Shown: positions 20,325 through 30,983 of the stretch, piece by piece | How positions within the stretch are numbered: the first letter of the stretch is position 1 | Layout of the letters: each line of letters opens with the position of its first letter | Assembly: GCA_964516805.1 (NCBI GenBank) | Contig: CAZEXI010000002.1 | Location: 3,321 to 67,320 of the forward strand | Direction: 5' to 3' | Length of the DNA stretch: 64,000 bases | Source: an uncultured Thermoplasmata archaeon | GTDB lineage: Archaea > Thermoplasmatota > Thermoplasmata > Halarchaeoplasmatales > Halarchaeoplasmataceae | Program-made: the position numbers and the translations under genes | Notes under the pieces: generated by a model | Databases searched by the model: none | Told to the model about the DNA's origin: nothing | What the model saw: the letters and a program-made list of their open reading frames with translations, nothing else

Positions 20325-21272
20325 ATGTTAAATGAGATTTGGACCGAGAAGTACAGGCCCGAGACCCTGGATGAAGTTTATGGACAGGAAAAAGTGATCG
20401 AGCGTCTTAAAGCTTACGTGAAAAAGGGTAGTATGCCTCATATGCTCTTTGCAGGACCTGCTGGAACAGGAAAAACTACATCAGCTATAGCGCTTTCCAA
20501 AGAATTGTATGGTGATAATTGGAAATCTAACTTTTTTGAACTTAACGCCAGTGATGAGAGAGGTATCGATGTGATCAGGAATAAAATAAAAGAATATGCA
20601 AGGACGACAACAGTGAGCAAAAAAGGCTTTAAAGTTATATTTATGGATGAGGCTGATTCACTGACCTCCGAAGCTCAAGCAGCATTAAGGAGGACCATGG
20701 AAAAATATTCTCATAACTGTCGGTTTATCCTTTCATGTAATTACTCGTCAAAGATTATCGATCCGATCCAATCAAGATGTGCTGTTTTCAGGTTCAGGGA
20801 TCTGATGGACAAGTTTGTTAAAGACTGGATTGAAAATATTGCAGAAAATGAGTCTCTAGAGATTACAAAAGAGGCTGAGGAATTACTGATAAGAGTATCA
20901 GAGGGTGATCTGAGAAGAGCTACTAACTTATTACAGATCTCAGCATCAACTACGGATAAAATAGATGGTGACGTGTTGAGAAGTAGCGCAAATATAGCCA
21001 AACCTGGCGATATCAAAGACATGATACTCACAGCAGCTAACGGGGAATTCATGGAGGCTAGGAAGAAACTAGATACTTTACTCATCGACTACGGGCTTTC
21101 GGGTGAAGACATAATAAAACAGATGCACAATCAGATTTATGAGGTCAAGATGACCAACGATAAAAGGATGATTCTAGTCGACAAAATCGGTGAAACTGAA
21201 TTTAGGATGGTTGAAGGATCCAATGAAAGGATTCAGTTAGAAGCATTACTTGCCAAATTTTCTTTAAACTAA
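20325..21272 (+). CDS. rfcS: replication factor C small subunit
   Basis: WTEKYRPETLDEV, Walker A GPAGTGKTT, Walker B DEAD, SRC motif (SRCAVFRF); no intein. Confidence 0.9.
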   Translation: MLNEIWTEKYRPETLDEVYGQEKVIERLKAYVKKGSMPHMLFAGPAGTGKTTSAIALSKELYGDNWKSNFFELNASDERGIDVIRNKIKEYARTTTVSKKGFKVIFMDEADSLTSEAQAALRRTMEKYSHNCRFILSCNYSSKIIDPIQSRCAVFRFRDLMDKFVKDWIENIAENESLEITKEAEELLIRVSEGDLRRATNLLQISASTTDKIDGDVLRSSANIAKPGDIKDMILTAANGEFMEARKKLDTLLIDYGLSGEDIIKQMHNQIYEVKMTNDKRMILVDKIGETEFRMVEGSNERIQLEALLAKFSLN

Positions 21273-21688
21273 TCCCCTATTATTTTCACTATAATTTCCC
21301 TTTCTCTTGATGGTACATCCATATCACACAATATTATCTGTTGCCATGTACCAAGTTCTAATTTTCCATCAGTTATAGGAACAGTCAAGCTAGGTCCGAT
21401 GAAAGAAGCTCTCATATGGGAATGTCCGTTTCCATCATGCCATTTTTCGTGATGCTTATAATACATATCCTGTGGAAACAATCTGTCTAACGCTTCAGAG
21501 ATATCATGGACCAATCCAGATTCGTACTCAATAGTAGTAATCGCAGCTGTAGAACCGGACACAAATAGCGTAGCAGTTCCTTCTTTAACACCACTCTCTC
21601 TTACTGTCTTTTGACCTTGATCAGTTATATTTTTTATATCTAAATTCGATTCAGTGTTTACCTTGAATCTTTTATCTTTCACTACCAT
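21269..21688 (-). CDS. YjbQ/UPF0047 family protein (secondary thiamine-phosphate synthase-like)
   Basis: 139 aa with TGSTAAITTIEYESGLVHD...HSHMRASFIGPS family pattern. Confidence 0.7.
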   Translation of the reverse strand: MVVKDKRFKVNTESNLDIKNITDQGQKTVRESGVKEGTATLFVSGSTAAITTIEYESGLVHDISEALDRLFPQDMYYKHHEKWHDGNGHSHMRASFIGPSLTVPITDGKLELGTWQQIILCDMDVPSREREIIVKIIGD

Positions 21689-21871
21689 GTCTCAATAATT
21701 AAAAATTGGTTATAACTAATTTTTGTTACCCTTTCTCTTTTTAATTGTTTAATACAGGGGGAAGAAATATGAACAAAAGAAAATTTTATATATCCTATTT
21801 TCATCGTTCACATTGGCAATGTTTTTCTGTTTCCAGCCGGTCAAGCCAGGAAACAGCTGAAAGGTGTAAAA

Positions 21872-22093
21872 ATGGTCAAAGAGCTGCATAACTGGCTTGA
21901 AAATAGCAGGGTATTATGGTTAACTGTATTTGGTATATTGTTCGTGCTATCGATGGATTTTTGGAACTGGGAAATTAGTAAAATATACTTCAATTTTTTA
22001 CCAATTTGGATAATCCGATTGATCATACTGCAGTTATTACTAGCTGTAGCTATCTATGTCTTTAGTAAGACATACTGGGGTGAGGAAAGATGA
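21872..22093 (+). CDS. small 2-TM subunit (DUF4212-like) of the downstream solute:sodium symporter
   Basis: 73-aa hydrophobic ORF overlapping the SSS gene by ATGA. Confidence 0.5.
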   Translation: MVKELHNWLENSRVLWLTVFGILFVLSMDFWNWEISKIYFNFLPIWIIRLIILQLLLAVAIYVFSKTYWGEER

Positions 22094-23511
22094 GTACTAC
22101 ATTGATAGTTATGACAATAATCACAGTCTATCTCTTGATCACTCTTTTATTGGGTATCTATGGTTACAAGCTATCGAAAAAATCAGTGGCTGATTACTTC
22201 CTAGCTGATAGAAAGATCGGTACTTTTGTTCTATTTTTTACTTTAGCCTCCACTAATTTCAGTGCTTTCACTTTTTTAGGATTTTCTGGAAGTGCCTATC
22301 GCATGGGTTATTCATTTTATGGTGTTATGGCTTTTGGTACATCCTTCATGGCTCTTTCATTCTACATAATCGGTAGAAAGATCAGGAAATTGGGTATCGA
22401 AAAAGATTACGTAACGCCACCAGAATTGATCGGTAAAGAGACAAACAGTACATCTCTTCGACTCCTTTTTATGTCAGTTATGGTAGTATTTACACTTCCG
22501 TATCTTGCAGTACAGCCAATGAGTGCAGGATACGTACTCAGCGCTTTGACTGGAGGTGCAATACCTTATTTCTGGGGTGCAGTTTTCCTGACTGCTTTTA
22601 TTATAATATACGTTTTTCTTGGTGGAATGAGAACGATAGCCTGGACAGATGTTCTACAGGGTCTTATGATGATCTCATTCCTACTTATTGCTGTTGTTGT
22701 CATTGCATCTAGCCTTGGAGGTCTTGGACAAGCTCACGCACAGGCAAAAGCTGTCGATCCAAACCTGTTTGTAAGAGAGGGGGCGATAACTATTCAAACT
22801 TGGTTCAGTTTCACCGTGTTATGGTCTTTATGTGATCCAATGTTTCCACAGCTTTTCCAACGCTTCTTCATTCCAAAAAGCGATAAAGGTCTCAAGAGGG
22901 CATCAATTTTTTACCCAATCGTTATCTCCCTAGTATTCTTACTACCAGTAATTATCGGTGTGATGGGAAGAGGAGCTATGCCTGGACTATCTGTTCAAGA
23001 GGCAGACAGTATTCTTCCCATGATGCTGGATAAGTACTCTCCTGCGTGGCTTTCTGCACTTATAATGAGCGGTGGGTTCGCTGCCTTCATGTCCACAGCC
23101 GACAGTCAGCTACTTACACTTAGTTCTATGTTCACACGAGATGTATTTCATAAGTTCATCCCACATAAAACCAAGAAGGCAGATTACTCTATGGGACATG
23201 TGATGGTAGTAGTACTAGCTTTTATTGGTTTGGCATTAGCTTATGACCCTCCTGCATCGATATTCACCATAGTCACATGGGCATTCACCGGTCTTGCCAT
23301 ATTATATCCTGTGACTCTATCTGTATTGTATTTTGACGTTGATCCAAAAGCATGTATAATTTCAATACTCACAGGTCTTTTAATGCTTGTTTCCTATCAT
23401 TACGAGTTACTACCAACCTTTGGTTTCCTTCCAGCGATGCCGATAATAGCAGTTTCCTCTACAGCGCTTCTCCTCAGTAATTTCCTATTAAAAAGATTGA
23501 TTTCCCAATAA
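22090..23511 (+). CDS. sodium:solute symporter (SSS) family transporter
   Basis: 473 aa, about 13 TM, SSS-like N-terminal region. Confidence 0.75.
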   Translation: MSTTLIVMTIITVYLLITLLLGIYGYKLSKKSVADYFLADRKIGTFVLFFTLASTNFSAFTFLGFSGSAYRMGYSFYGVMAFGTSFMALSFYIIGRKIRKLGIEKDYVTPPELIGKETNSTSLRLLFMSVMVVFTLPYLAVQPMSAGYVLSALTGGAIPYFWGAVFLTAFIIIYVFLGGMRTIAWTDVLQGLMMISFLLIAVVVIASSLGGLGQAHAQAKAVDPNLFVREGAITIQTWFSFTVLWSLCDPMFPQLFQRFFIPKSDKGLKRASIFYPIVISLVFLLPVIIGVMGRGAMPGLSVQEADSILPMMLDKYSPAWLSALIMSGGFAAFMSTADSQLLTLSSMFTRDVFHKFIPHKTKKADYSMGHVMVVVLAFIGLALAYDPPASIFTIVTWAFTGLAILYPVTLSVLYFDVDPKACIISILTGLLMLVSYHYELLPTFGFLPAMPIIAVSSTALLLSNFLLKRLISQ

Positions 23512-23553
23512 ATATTACAAAACGTTTTATACATTAAAAAATTACCGAAGTAA

Positions 23554-24339
23554 ATGATCCCTCTGATATATCAGATCGTCATACCATTCGTTCTCTCAGC
23601 TATCATAGTTGTCGGTATCAGCATCATCGCTGAAAAATTCGGTACAAAGCTGGGAGGAATAATTGGTACTTTACCATCTACGATTGTTATCGCATTTATT
23701 TTTATCTCGTTAAATAAAGGTACTTCTTTTGCTTCAGATTCAGCTTCTGTCGTACCGGCAGAGATGGGTATAAATATAATATTTTTATTCATGTTCGCTG
23801 TCCTGGCAGATAAAAAACTACATATAACTCTATTCAGTACTTTAGGTGTATGGTCAGTTCTATCAATTTTGCTTTATATCTTCGATTTTAACAACATCTA
23901 CATCTCCATCATAATTTACCTATCTATGATGATTCTGGCTCTTCTTGTACTCGAAAAGGTTATCAAAGTCAAGTCAGTTGAAAAGAAAGAGGTAGAATAC
24001 ACTAAAAGAAAGATTTTGTTTAGAGGCGTTCTCGCTGGTATTGTTATCGCAGTTGCAGTCACTTTATCTAATATAGGTTCGGTATTGAGTGGAATATTTT
24101 CTGTATTTCCAGCTATCTTCCTATCTACTATGCTGATTTTTACAAAAGAACATGGTCCTAAATTCGTCGGTGGTATAGCCAAGTCGATGATATTTGGGAC
24201 ACCTACCGTAGTCAGCTATGCAATAGCTCTTCATTTTCTTTATCCTGAATTTGGAATGGTGATAGGGACTGTGCTTTCTTATATAATCTCATTAGGGGTT
24301 GTCACTGTACTGCTTAAATCTAGATACAATCTAAATTGA
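23554..24339 (+). CDS. integral membrane protein, hypothetical
   Basis: 261 aa, 7-8 TM. Confidence 0.4.
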   Translation: MIPLIYQIVIPFVLSAIIVVGISIIAEKFGTKLGGIIGTLPSTIVIAFIFISLNKGTSFASDSASVVPAEMGINIIFLFMFAVLADKKLHITLFSTLGVWSVLSILLYIFDFNNIYISIIIYLSMMILALLVLEKVIKVKSVEKKEVEYTKRKILFRGVLAGIVIAVAVTLSNIGSVLSGIFSVFPAIFLSTMLIFTKEHGPKFVGGIAKSMIFGTPTVVSYAIALHFLYPEFGMVIGTVLSYIISLGVVTVLLKSRYNLN

Positions 24340-24413
24340 GCTCGTGATATAGATTGTAAATATTTTTATACTACAGCGGAACTCCATACCCAACTTAAAG
24401 TGAGGTTTGAACC

Positions 24414-26201
24414 ATGGCATCAATTTCTGTAAATGAGAAGTTAGAAAAACTTAGAGATTTAATGGATGATAACGGTTTATCGGCATATATAATACCAACT
24501 TCTGACCCACATAACAGTGAATACGTTCCTGAACGTTATAAGGGTAGAAAATGGATATCTGGATTCACAGGTTCTGCTGGTACCGTAGTCGTAACTAAAA
24601 ATGAATCAGGATTATGGACAGACGGTAGATATTTCATTCAAGCTGAGAACGAATTGGAAGGTACTGAGATAGAGTTATTCAAGATGGGAAAAGAAGATGT
24701 TCCTTCGTACAAAGAGTGGCTGGGAGATAACATAAAAGAAGGAGAGAAGATCGGTTTCAACGGCAAACTGTTTACGATCGATACAGTAAGAGATATGGAA
24801 GATGAGCTCAAGGATGATGTAGAACTGGTGACAGATATAGATCTTATAGATAAGATATGGAAAGATAGACCAGAAGTACCTAAAAATGACATTTTCATAC
24901 ATGAGGTGAAATATGCTGGTAAAAGTAGAGAAGAGAAGATCGAAGACATCCGTGAAGAGATGGACGATTTAGGTGGGGATATTTTTCTGATAACTAAATT
25001 GGATGAAGTGGCCTGGACCTTTAACATAAGAGGTGATGATGTAGAATATAATCCAGTAGCGGTAGCTTATGGTCTTATCTCGAAAGAAGGTTCGCACCTT
25101 TTCATAGATGATGATAAGATAGATGATTTTGTTGAAAAAAAACTAGAAGACGATGAAATAATATTACATGATTATGAAGAAATCGATGAGTTTGTAAAGG
25201 GTCTGAATGGAGATAAAAAAGTTATCTTAGATCACAAAAATACAAACAAATGGCTTTTCGATTCTATCCCAGAAGATTGTAAGAAGATAGAAGAAAATCC
25301 AAGTATAACACAAGATCTGAAAGCAGTGAAGAATGATACTGAAATAGAACATTACAAGAAATGTCAGATCAGAGACGGTGTAGCCATGGTAAAATTCCTC
25401 CACTGGCTGGAAGAAAATGTTGGAGATAGTGATATTACTGAGATCACTACAGAAAACAAGGTAGAGCAATTCCGTGCACAAGACGATAGATTTGTAGGTC
25501 CAAGCTTCGATCCCATCGCTGCTTATAAAGAACACGCAGCCATGATGCACTATTCTGCTGACGAAGAATCAGATTATGAATTGGAAAAAGAAGATTTCTA
25601 TCTTTTAGATTCTGGAGGACAGTATTTTGATGGCACTACTGATATCACTAGGACAGTTACTCTTGGAGATATAACAGAAAAACAGAAAAGAGATTTTACA
25701 CTTGTACTTAAAGGTCACATAAATCTAGCTACAGCTAAGTTCTTAAAAGGTTCAAGAGGTGCCAATATCGATGTGCTTGCCAGAAAACCTATGTGGGACA
25801 ACCATATAGATTACAAATGTGGAACTGGACATGGTGTAGGTTTCTTTTTGAATGTTCATGAAGGCCCTCAAAACATATCTAATAACGTTCATGACGTTAA
25901 GCTGAAAGAAGGCATGATCGTAACAAATGAACCCGGTATCTACAGAAAAGACGAGTGGGGAATAAGGACTGAAAATACTCTTCTGGTCGTAAAAGATGAT
26001 GAGACTGAGTTTGGAGAGTTCTTAAAATTTGAAACGATATCTCTCTGTCCGATAGACTTGGATGCTGTAGATGCATCGATGTTGACTGAAGAAGAAAAAG
26101 AATGGCTGAACAAATATCACGAAGAGGTTTACGAAAAGTTGTCACCGCATCTAGACGATGAGTTAGACGAATGGTTAAAAAAGAAAACAAAGAAAATCTA
26201 A
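24414..26201 (+). CDS. Xaa-Pro aminopeptidase (M24B, three-domain APP1-like)
   Basis: creatinase-N-like N-terminal domains; HGVGFFLNVHEGP and EPGIY metal-binding motifs. Confidence 0.85.
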   Translation: MASISVNEKLEKLRDLMDDNGLSAYIIPTSDPHNSEYVPERYKGRKWISGFTGSAGTVVVTKNESGLWTDGRYFIQAENELEGTEIELFKMGKEDVPSYKEWLGDNIKEGEKIGFNGKLFTIDTVRDMEDELKDDVELVTDIDLIDKIWKDRPEVPKNDIFIHEVKYAGKSREEKIEDIREEMDDLGGDIFLITKLDEVAWTFNIRGDDVEYNPVAVAYGLISKEGSHLFIDDDKIDDFVEKKLEDDEIILHDYEEIDEFVKGLNGDKKVILDHKNTNKWLFDSIPEDCKKIEENPSITQDLKAVKNDTEIEHYKKCQIRDGVAMVKFLHWLEENVGDSDITEITTENKVEQFRAQDDRFVGPSFDPIAAYKEHAAMMHYSADEESDYELEKEDFYLLDSGGQYFDGTTDITRTVTLGDITEKQKRDFTLVLKGHINLATAKFLKGSRGANIDVLARKPMWDNHIDYKCGTGHGVGFFLNVHEGPQNISNNVHDVKLKEGMIVTNEPGIYRKDEWGIRTENTLLVVKDDETEFGEFLKFETISLCPIDLDAVDASMLTEEEKEWLNKYHEEVYEKLSPHLDDELDEWLKKKTKKI

Positions 26202-26246
26202 AACCATAATTTTTTTTATTTTTTTACTTAAAGACCTTAGTGTATC

Positions 26247-26879
26247 TCAGAATAATTCATAATCTTCTTTGTACGATCCGTCTTTTACTCTACCTATAAC
26301 TAATTTGTATTCTTTCTTCATTCTTTTGTATTGAAGAAGAAAAACAATAGAAAAAAATAATAGCCATACTAAAATATATACAATATTTACATATTCAAAA
26401 TAAGTAGCAAAAAGGTATAGATATATTCCTATTAAAATCAATGAAGAAATAAACATTATTTTTATTGTCTTTTTTGGACCATACCTTAATAATAATTTTG
26501 CATTTAATGTATAATTCGGTATTAAAAAATCTTTTAGATTTAATCTGTGGTTATCTTTTACCTTATCAATAACCAACGCCATATTGTTTATTCTATTTTC
26601 TTTAATATCTTTTCTATAATATATCATAATTGAAAGCAATATTAAAAATCCGATCACATATAAGAAGCAGAACCATCCTGAGAAAAGATCAAAATAAGCT
26701 ACGATAAAGAAGGAACATCCAAACAAAGCAAATCCAAATAACATCTTCAGATTTAATGAATAATCTTTTCCTCTTCTTTTCATTAATAAATAACCATATA
26801 CTATATTCCCTATAACTAGATAAATAAAGGCAATTATAAAGATGCTTAGTATCACTAATTTAGCGTTTATGTAAATCAT
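26247..26879 (-). CDS. membrane protein, hypothetical
   Basis: 210 aa, 5 TM. Confidence 0.4.
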   Translation of the reverse strand: MIYINAKLVILSIFIIAFIYLVIGNIVYGYLLMKRRGKDYSLNLKMLFGFALFGCSFFIVAYFDLFSGWFCFLYVIGFLILLSIMIYYRKDIKENRINNMALVIDKVKDNHRLNLKDFLIPNYTLNAKLLLRYGPKKTIKIMFISSLILIGIYLYLFATYFEYVNIVYILVWLLFFSIVFLLQYKRMKKEYKLVIGRVKDGSYKEDYELF

Positions 26880-27214
26880 TTAGCTATGTAATGAATTGCT
26901 TTTATTTAATTTTAAACAAAGTAGAAACCCTTTAAATAAATATACCTTATTTTATCAATATTTTTAATACGTATTAATAAAAAGATTCACATAGACACGA
27001 GTTAGAATGCCTCCGACTTTAGGGAAGGATGTATGTCAATGATGAAATCACAATCAAAAATTCTTTGCATCTCACCTAACTGTCTGGGTACAACTAAAAA
27101 ATGCTAGCTTATATTGGTCACTGTCAAGCGATATGCATCTAAAAGATTTCTACAAAACTTTTTCTCTTTTTTAAAACTAGATAAACATAAATACATGATT
27201 TACTTGAACTATAC

Positions 27215-27604
27215 TTGGTGAGATTTATGAATATCAAAAAATATGCTTCAATTTACTCAATGTTTATCGGCATATCGATGATTGTGATGTGGACCATGTT
27301 TTATATCAATGGCCAGATCCCTGAACTGAGTTCTGAACCGATACAGATAGGTATGCATCTTACAGCAGAATTTACAACTGCAGTGATGATGATCATAGGT
27401 GGTATTGGCCTATTAAATAATTGGAGTAAAGCTATCTATATATTTCAATTCTCTATGGGGATGCTTATCTACACACTAATCCAGAGCCCAGGATACTTTG
27501 CACAACAGGGATATCTCAGTTTTATGGGTATGTTTGGTATTTTCATGTTATTAGCTTTAATTTTCTTGATCTATTCCTTCAAAAATACGGATGATTTCTT
27601 ATGA
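27215..27604 (+). CDS. membrane protein, hypothetical
   Basis: 129 aa, 4 TM. Confidence 0.4.
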   Translation: MVRFMNIKKYASIYSMFIGISMIVMWTMFYINGQIPELSSEPIQIGMHLTAEFTTAVMMIIGGIGLLNNWSKAIYIFQFSMGMLIYTLIQSPGYFAQQGYLSFMGMFGIFMLLALIFLIYSFKNTDDFL

Positions 27605-27606
27605 AC

Positions 27607-28761
27607 TCATGATAAATCCACAATCGATAGCGGAACGTACATCTCTTTCGATGAAAGACCACCGTGGTTTCCTATCATAAAACGGTCATCCTCATTTGGA
27701 AGAGTATCATACATTATATGGTTATCTTTCATTATTAGAATATAATCCCCTATTCTATCCATCAACTTTTGATTTGGTTCAAACAATCCAAAATAATTAT
27801 CCTGGACTAAATCTTCACTTTTATAGAGATGACAGTAATCGCTCAATTCATCTTCATAGTAATTGGTGAATTTGTCATCTTTATTTGGATGGACATAGCA
27901 GAATAGAGATCTGTAATCACCGCATAATGGTAACGTCAAGCAATCAGCGAAGTCAGGATGGTCCTCTAACCTGATAGCTTTCTCTTCAGTAGAATCGATG
28001 AAACCATGGTCAGCAGTGATCAATAGAGTTGTATCAGTATCTTTTATGTTCTCCACAAATTCTTTGATATTCCTATCGATTCTCAGCAATTCCATCCATG
28101 AATCCACGCTTTTATGCCCGTTTTCATGAGATGCTCTATCATAGTTGTTCCAGTATCCATAGATATACTTTCTTTCTTCGTTGTTTTTGATAATAGATTC
28201 AATCTTATCTAGTAAACCTCTCGTCTTATCATAACCACTCACTTCTATATTGGAGGTATAAAAATCATTGAAAACTGAATCTTTAATCTTATTATTAGTA
28301 ATAAAATGCTTTTCCTCATCAATTTTTTTAACCAAAGATACATCAGATAATATAGAATTTACATCCACATCTGCCTCATCAAATACCTGCTCGCCATATC
28401 TTGGTTTAAATGGTAAAATGGTGGAAACAACCCCGATCTCTTTCAAATATGTGTACCAACCGGTTACTCCGTGCTGTTGTGGAGGTAAACCTGTCATGAA
28501 AGTAGGAATGGCGGACGCTGTCGAAGAAGGAAAAACTGAAGTCAATTTTCTTTCTAGATTTTTATACAGAAAAGTATTTTTTCCTTTTTCTTTCAGATAT
28601 TCATATCCTATACCGTCCAAAACCAGAAGGACTACATTCTTCTTATCTGATAAAGATCCAAAACAAGATAATCTATCATATGGACTCTTTACGCAAAAAG
28701 ATTCTATGACCGAACTCATCAGATTTGTGATATTTCCATCTTCATAATCAGGTAAAGTCAT
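27607..28761 (-). CDS. alkaline-phosphatase superfamily type I phosphodiesterase/nucleotide pyrophosphatase-like enzyme
   Basis: VVLLVLDGIGYEYL...SSTASAIPTFMTGLPPQQHGVTGW and LITADHGF motifs. Confidence 0.65.
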   Translation of the reverse strand: MTLPDYEDGNITNLMSSVIESFCVKSPYDRLSCFGSLSDKKNVVLLVLDGIGYEYLKEKGKNTFLYKNLERKLTSVFPSSTASAIPTFMTGLPPQQHGVTGWYTYLKEIGVVSTILPFKPRYGEQVFDEADVDVNSILSDVSLVKKIDEEKHFITNNKIKDSVFNDFYTSNIEVSGYDKTRGLLDKIESIIKNNEERKYIYGYWNNYDRASHENGHKSVDSWMELLRIDRNIKEFVENIKDTDTTLLITADHGFIDSTEEKAIRLEDHPDFADCLTLPLCGDYRSLFCYVHPNKDDKFTNYYEDELSDYCHLYKSEDLVQDNYFGLFEPNQKLMDRIGDYILIMKDNHIMYDTLPNEDDRFMIGNHGGLSSKEMYVPLSIVDLS

Positions 28762-28804
28762 CTTTATAGAATAAAAACACTTAATAATAAAATAATTTCC
28801 TTTC

Positions 28805-29881
28805 TTAGGTTAGTTTTAAATTGGCTCTCTTAAATCTAGTTTTTATTGCTTTAAATTTTTCTTTTTCATCTAAATTTTTTTCAACTCTCTTCAAATAATT
28901 CATGAAAAAATTATCATCCTGATCAAATAGATATTTAGTTATCTCATCCCAATAGACCATGCTGATCTTATCTCTTACTTCCTTCAAAAATCCTCCAAAA
29001 TATTTTGGATAGCAGCTTTCGTTGATATCCTCTGGATACTCTTTGTTGATCAAATCATTGTACTCAACTAGATTCTTACCGATATATTTTGTAATATAAT
29101 TGTAATAGGTCATATTATACTCATTAATCACTCTAGGACAAGTAATTACATATCTAAAATCCCATCCTTCATACAAGCTATCTTTATGATTAGTTAATAA
29201 GTACGCAGATTCTAAACCTTTTATTATCTGATTTACCTTTGGGTACCTAGTAGTACTGGTACTTATATCACTCTCCATCTTAGATTCAATAAAGATGAAT
29301 AATTTCTCTGAAGGAAGAATTAAGACTGCATCGAATTTGACCCACCTATTCGTATATTTAAGGTCTAAAAAAGAAAGTTTTCTAAATGTCTCTCCTCCAT
29401 GAAATGAACTATTCATCACACTAAATTCGAAAAGGAGGACTGAATCTGTCATATCAAGACCTGTTAAATCCAGGTTTGATTCTATCGATTTTTTTAAAAG
29501 GTTTTTACTATTTTTTGATCCTTTATACAGCTTTTCTCCACTTCTAAGAGAATCAAAAAAGTTCTTGGACCATCTAGATCGATCATCTCTAGGTTTCAAT
29601 TTCAGGTTACCGTTCTGGCTCCAGTCATCTAAATTACCAAAAACAAATAAAGTAAGTGAATTTTCAGAATTTGAATTGTAAAAACTGTTTTTATGGTCCT
29701 TCTTATTCAACAATGATTTTGATCTGTTATCTGTGAGTCCGTAATACAGATTCCAATCTGTTTCCAATTTATCCGAATTAAGTAACAATCGATGATCTTC
29801 TAAAATTCTATCATCCTCTGATGCGTTATTTCTTAGTACACAACCACCACATATTACAAGGATATAAAAAGTAAATACCAA
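28805..29881 (-). CDS. hypothetical protein with N-terminal hydrophobic segment; possible PD-(D/E)xK-like motif (D..IESK)
   Basis: FDAVLILPSEKLFIFIESK; no other recognisable domain. Confidence 0.35.
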   Translation of the reverse strand: MVFTFYILVICGGCVLRNNASEDDRILEDHRLLLNSDKLETDWNLYYGLTDNRSKSLLNKKDHKNSFYNSNSENSLTLFVFGNLDDWSQNGNLKLKPRDDRSRWSKNFFDSLRSGEKLYKGSKNSKNLLKKSIESNLDLTGLDMTDSVLLFEFSVMNSSFHGGETFRKLSFLDLKYTNRWVKFDAVLILPSEKLFIFIESKMESDISTSTTRYPKVNQIIKGLESAYLLTNHKDSLYEGWDFRYVITCPRVINEYNMTYYNYITKYIGKNLVEYNDLINKEYPEDINESCYPKYFGGFLKEVRDKISMVYWDEITKYLFDQDDNFFMNYLKRVEKNLDEKEKFKAIKTRFKRANLKLT

Positions 29882-30229
29882 GGGGGAAGTAAAAGTGAAT
29901 TTAGATGACAGAGTTTTAATCTAGAGTTATAATAAACAATAATAATATAAAGGAGGGGCCCTTTTTGTAGAGTGAGGTAGACCTTCTTTCTAAAGGTAAA
30001 AATGAGGGTCCTCTCCCGTCATTTTTAGCTTATGATATGTAATGAATAATAGCGCTCCTTCTTAGTATATATAAATTTCCTACAAAAACCATAAACATAA
30101 CCCTGTTATTATCAATATCGATTTCTAGTAAAAAAATACTCTCATTATTATTCTATATATAGTATTTCAAAATTCATACCTAAACCTTATATATGGCATC
30201 CTAATAGGCTTGTTTGAAAAGGTGAATAT

Positions 30230-30427
30230 ATGGACGAAACACTCTGTTCGGTGGAAATCATAAAAAGCAACGGAAATTTTAAAGCCAAAGTACAGACTAG
30301 TATGGGCAGATATGTCGAATACACGAACTCAGACTTCGAAAATCTATTGGAAAGAGTCTACGAAGACATCCAAGAAGAAATCGAATCCGCCATATTTGAC
30401 CAGCAAATGGAACAGCAGATGATGTAA
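30230..30427 (+). CDS. small acidic hypothetical protein
   Basis: 65-aa ORF with GGTGA SD-like sequence upstream. Confidence 0.35.
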   Translation: MDETLCSVEIIKSNGNFKAKVQTSMGRYVEYTNSDFENLLERVYEDIQEEIESAIFDQQMEQQMM

Positions 30428-30473
30428 AGGCAATCTAAAAAATTAAAAAGAGGAATCACTGCAACAGATACAT

Positions 30474-30839
30474 TTATCCCTCTACAATTTTTTTCATCGA
30501 TTCTAGATTTTCCTCTATCTCTCTTACTTTATCCATCTCTTTATCTTGTATCTCGTTCATTATGTCTGCTAACGGTTTCTTCAATTTGTATGAATGTTGT
30601 GGTCTACCTCTCCCTTCTTTGTTGATTTCACGTTTACTGATCCAATTTCTATTTCTCAATTCTCTTACAGCTACAGATATCTCAGGCTGTCTTAAAGAAG
30701 TATGTGATTCAATCTCTCTGCTTTTTGCTTCATCTTCTTCCGCGAGATAAAGCAAAGTTTTAGCAGTATTCTTTTTAAGACCAGTTTTTATTAAACGGTC
30801 TATCAATTCTTTTTCATTTCTTTTTGGCAACTTAATCAT
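30474..30839 (-). CDS. winged-helix transcriptional regulator (TrmB/ArsR-like)
   Basis: LLYLAEEDEAKSREIESHTSLRQPEISVAVRELRNRNWIS. Confidence 0.55.
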   Translation of the reverse strand: MIKLPKRNEKELIDRLIKTGLKKNTAKTLLYLAEEDEAKSREIESHTSLRQPEISVAVRELRNRNWISKREINKEGRGRPQHSYKLKKPLADIMNEIQDKEMDKVREIEENLESMKKIVEG

Positions 30840-30983
30840 TTCTTATTCCCCCCAAGTATAAGATATTTATTTTATAGCATATAGATTTTTCTATTAAGTT
30901 AATTTCTATTCAATATAATATGATATAATTACATACCTCAATATTATTAATAAAGCTCCCCTTTTACATGATAAGGTGCTAAA

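Noticed and set aside
26880-27214. 335-bp ORF-free, slightly GC-richer divergent intergenic region, considered as an SRP or RNase P RNA locus
   Set aside because: No conserved SRP or RNase P motifs or extended helices were found by eye. It is most simply two divergent promoters
29882-30229. Small GC-rich hairpins (GGGGCCC, ATGAGGG-tcctct-CCCGTCAT) followed by T runs, considered as a C/D-box or other sRNA
   Set aside because: No C (RUGAUGA) / D (CUGA) box pair at the right spacing. The stems are short. It may still be a small transcript, but the evidence is too thin
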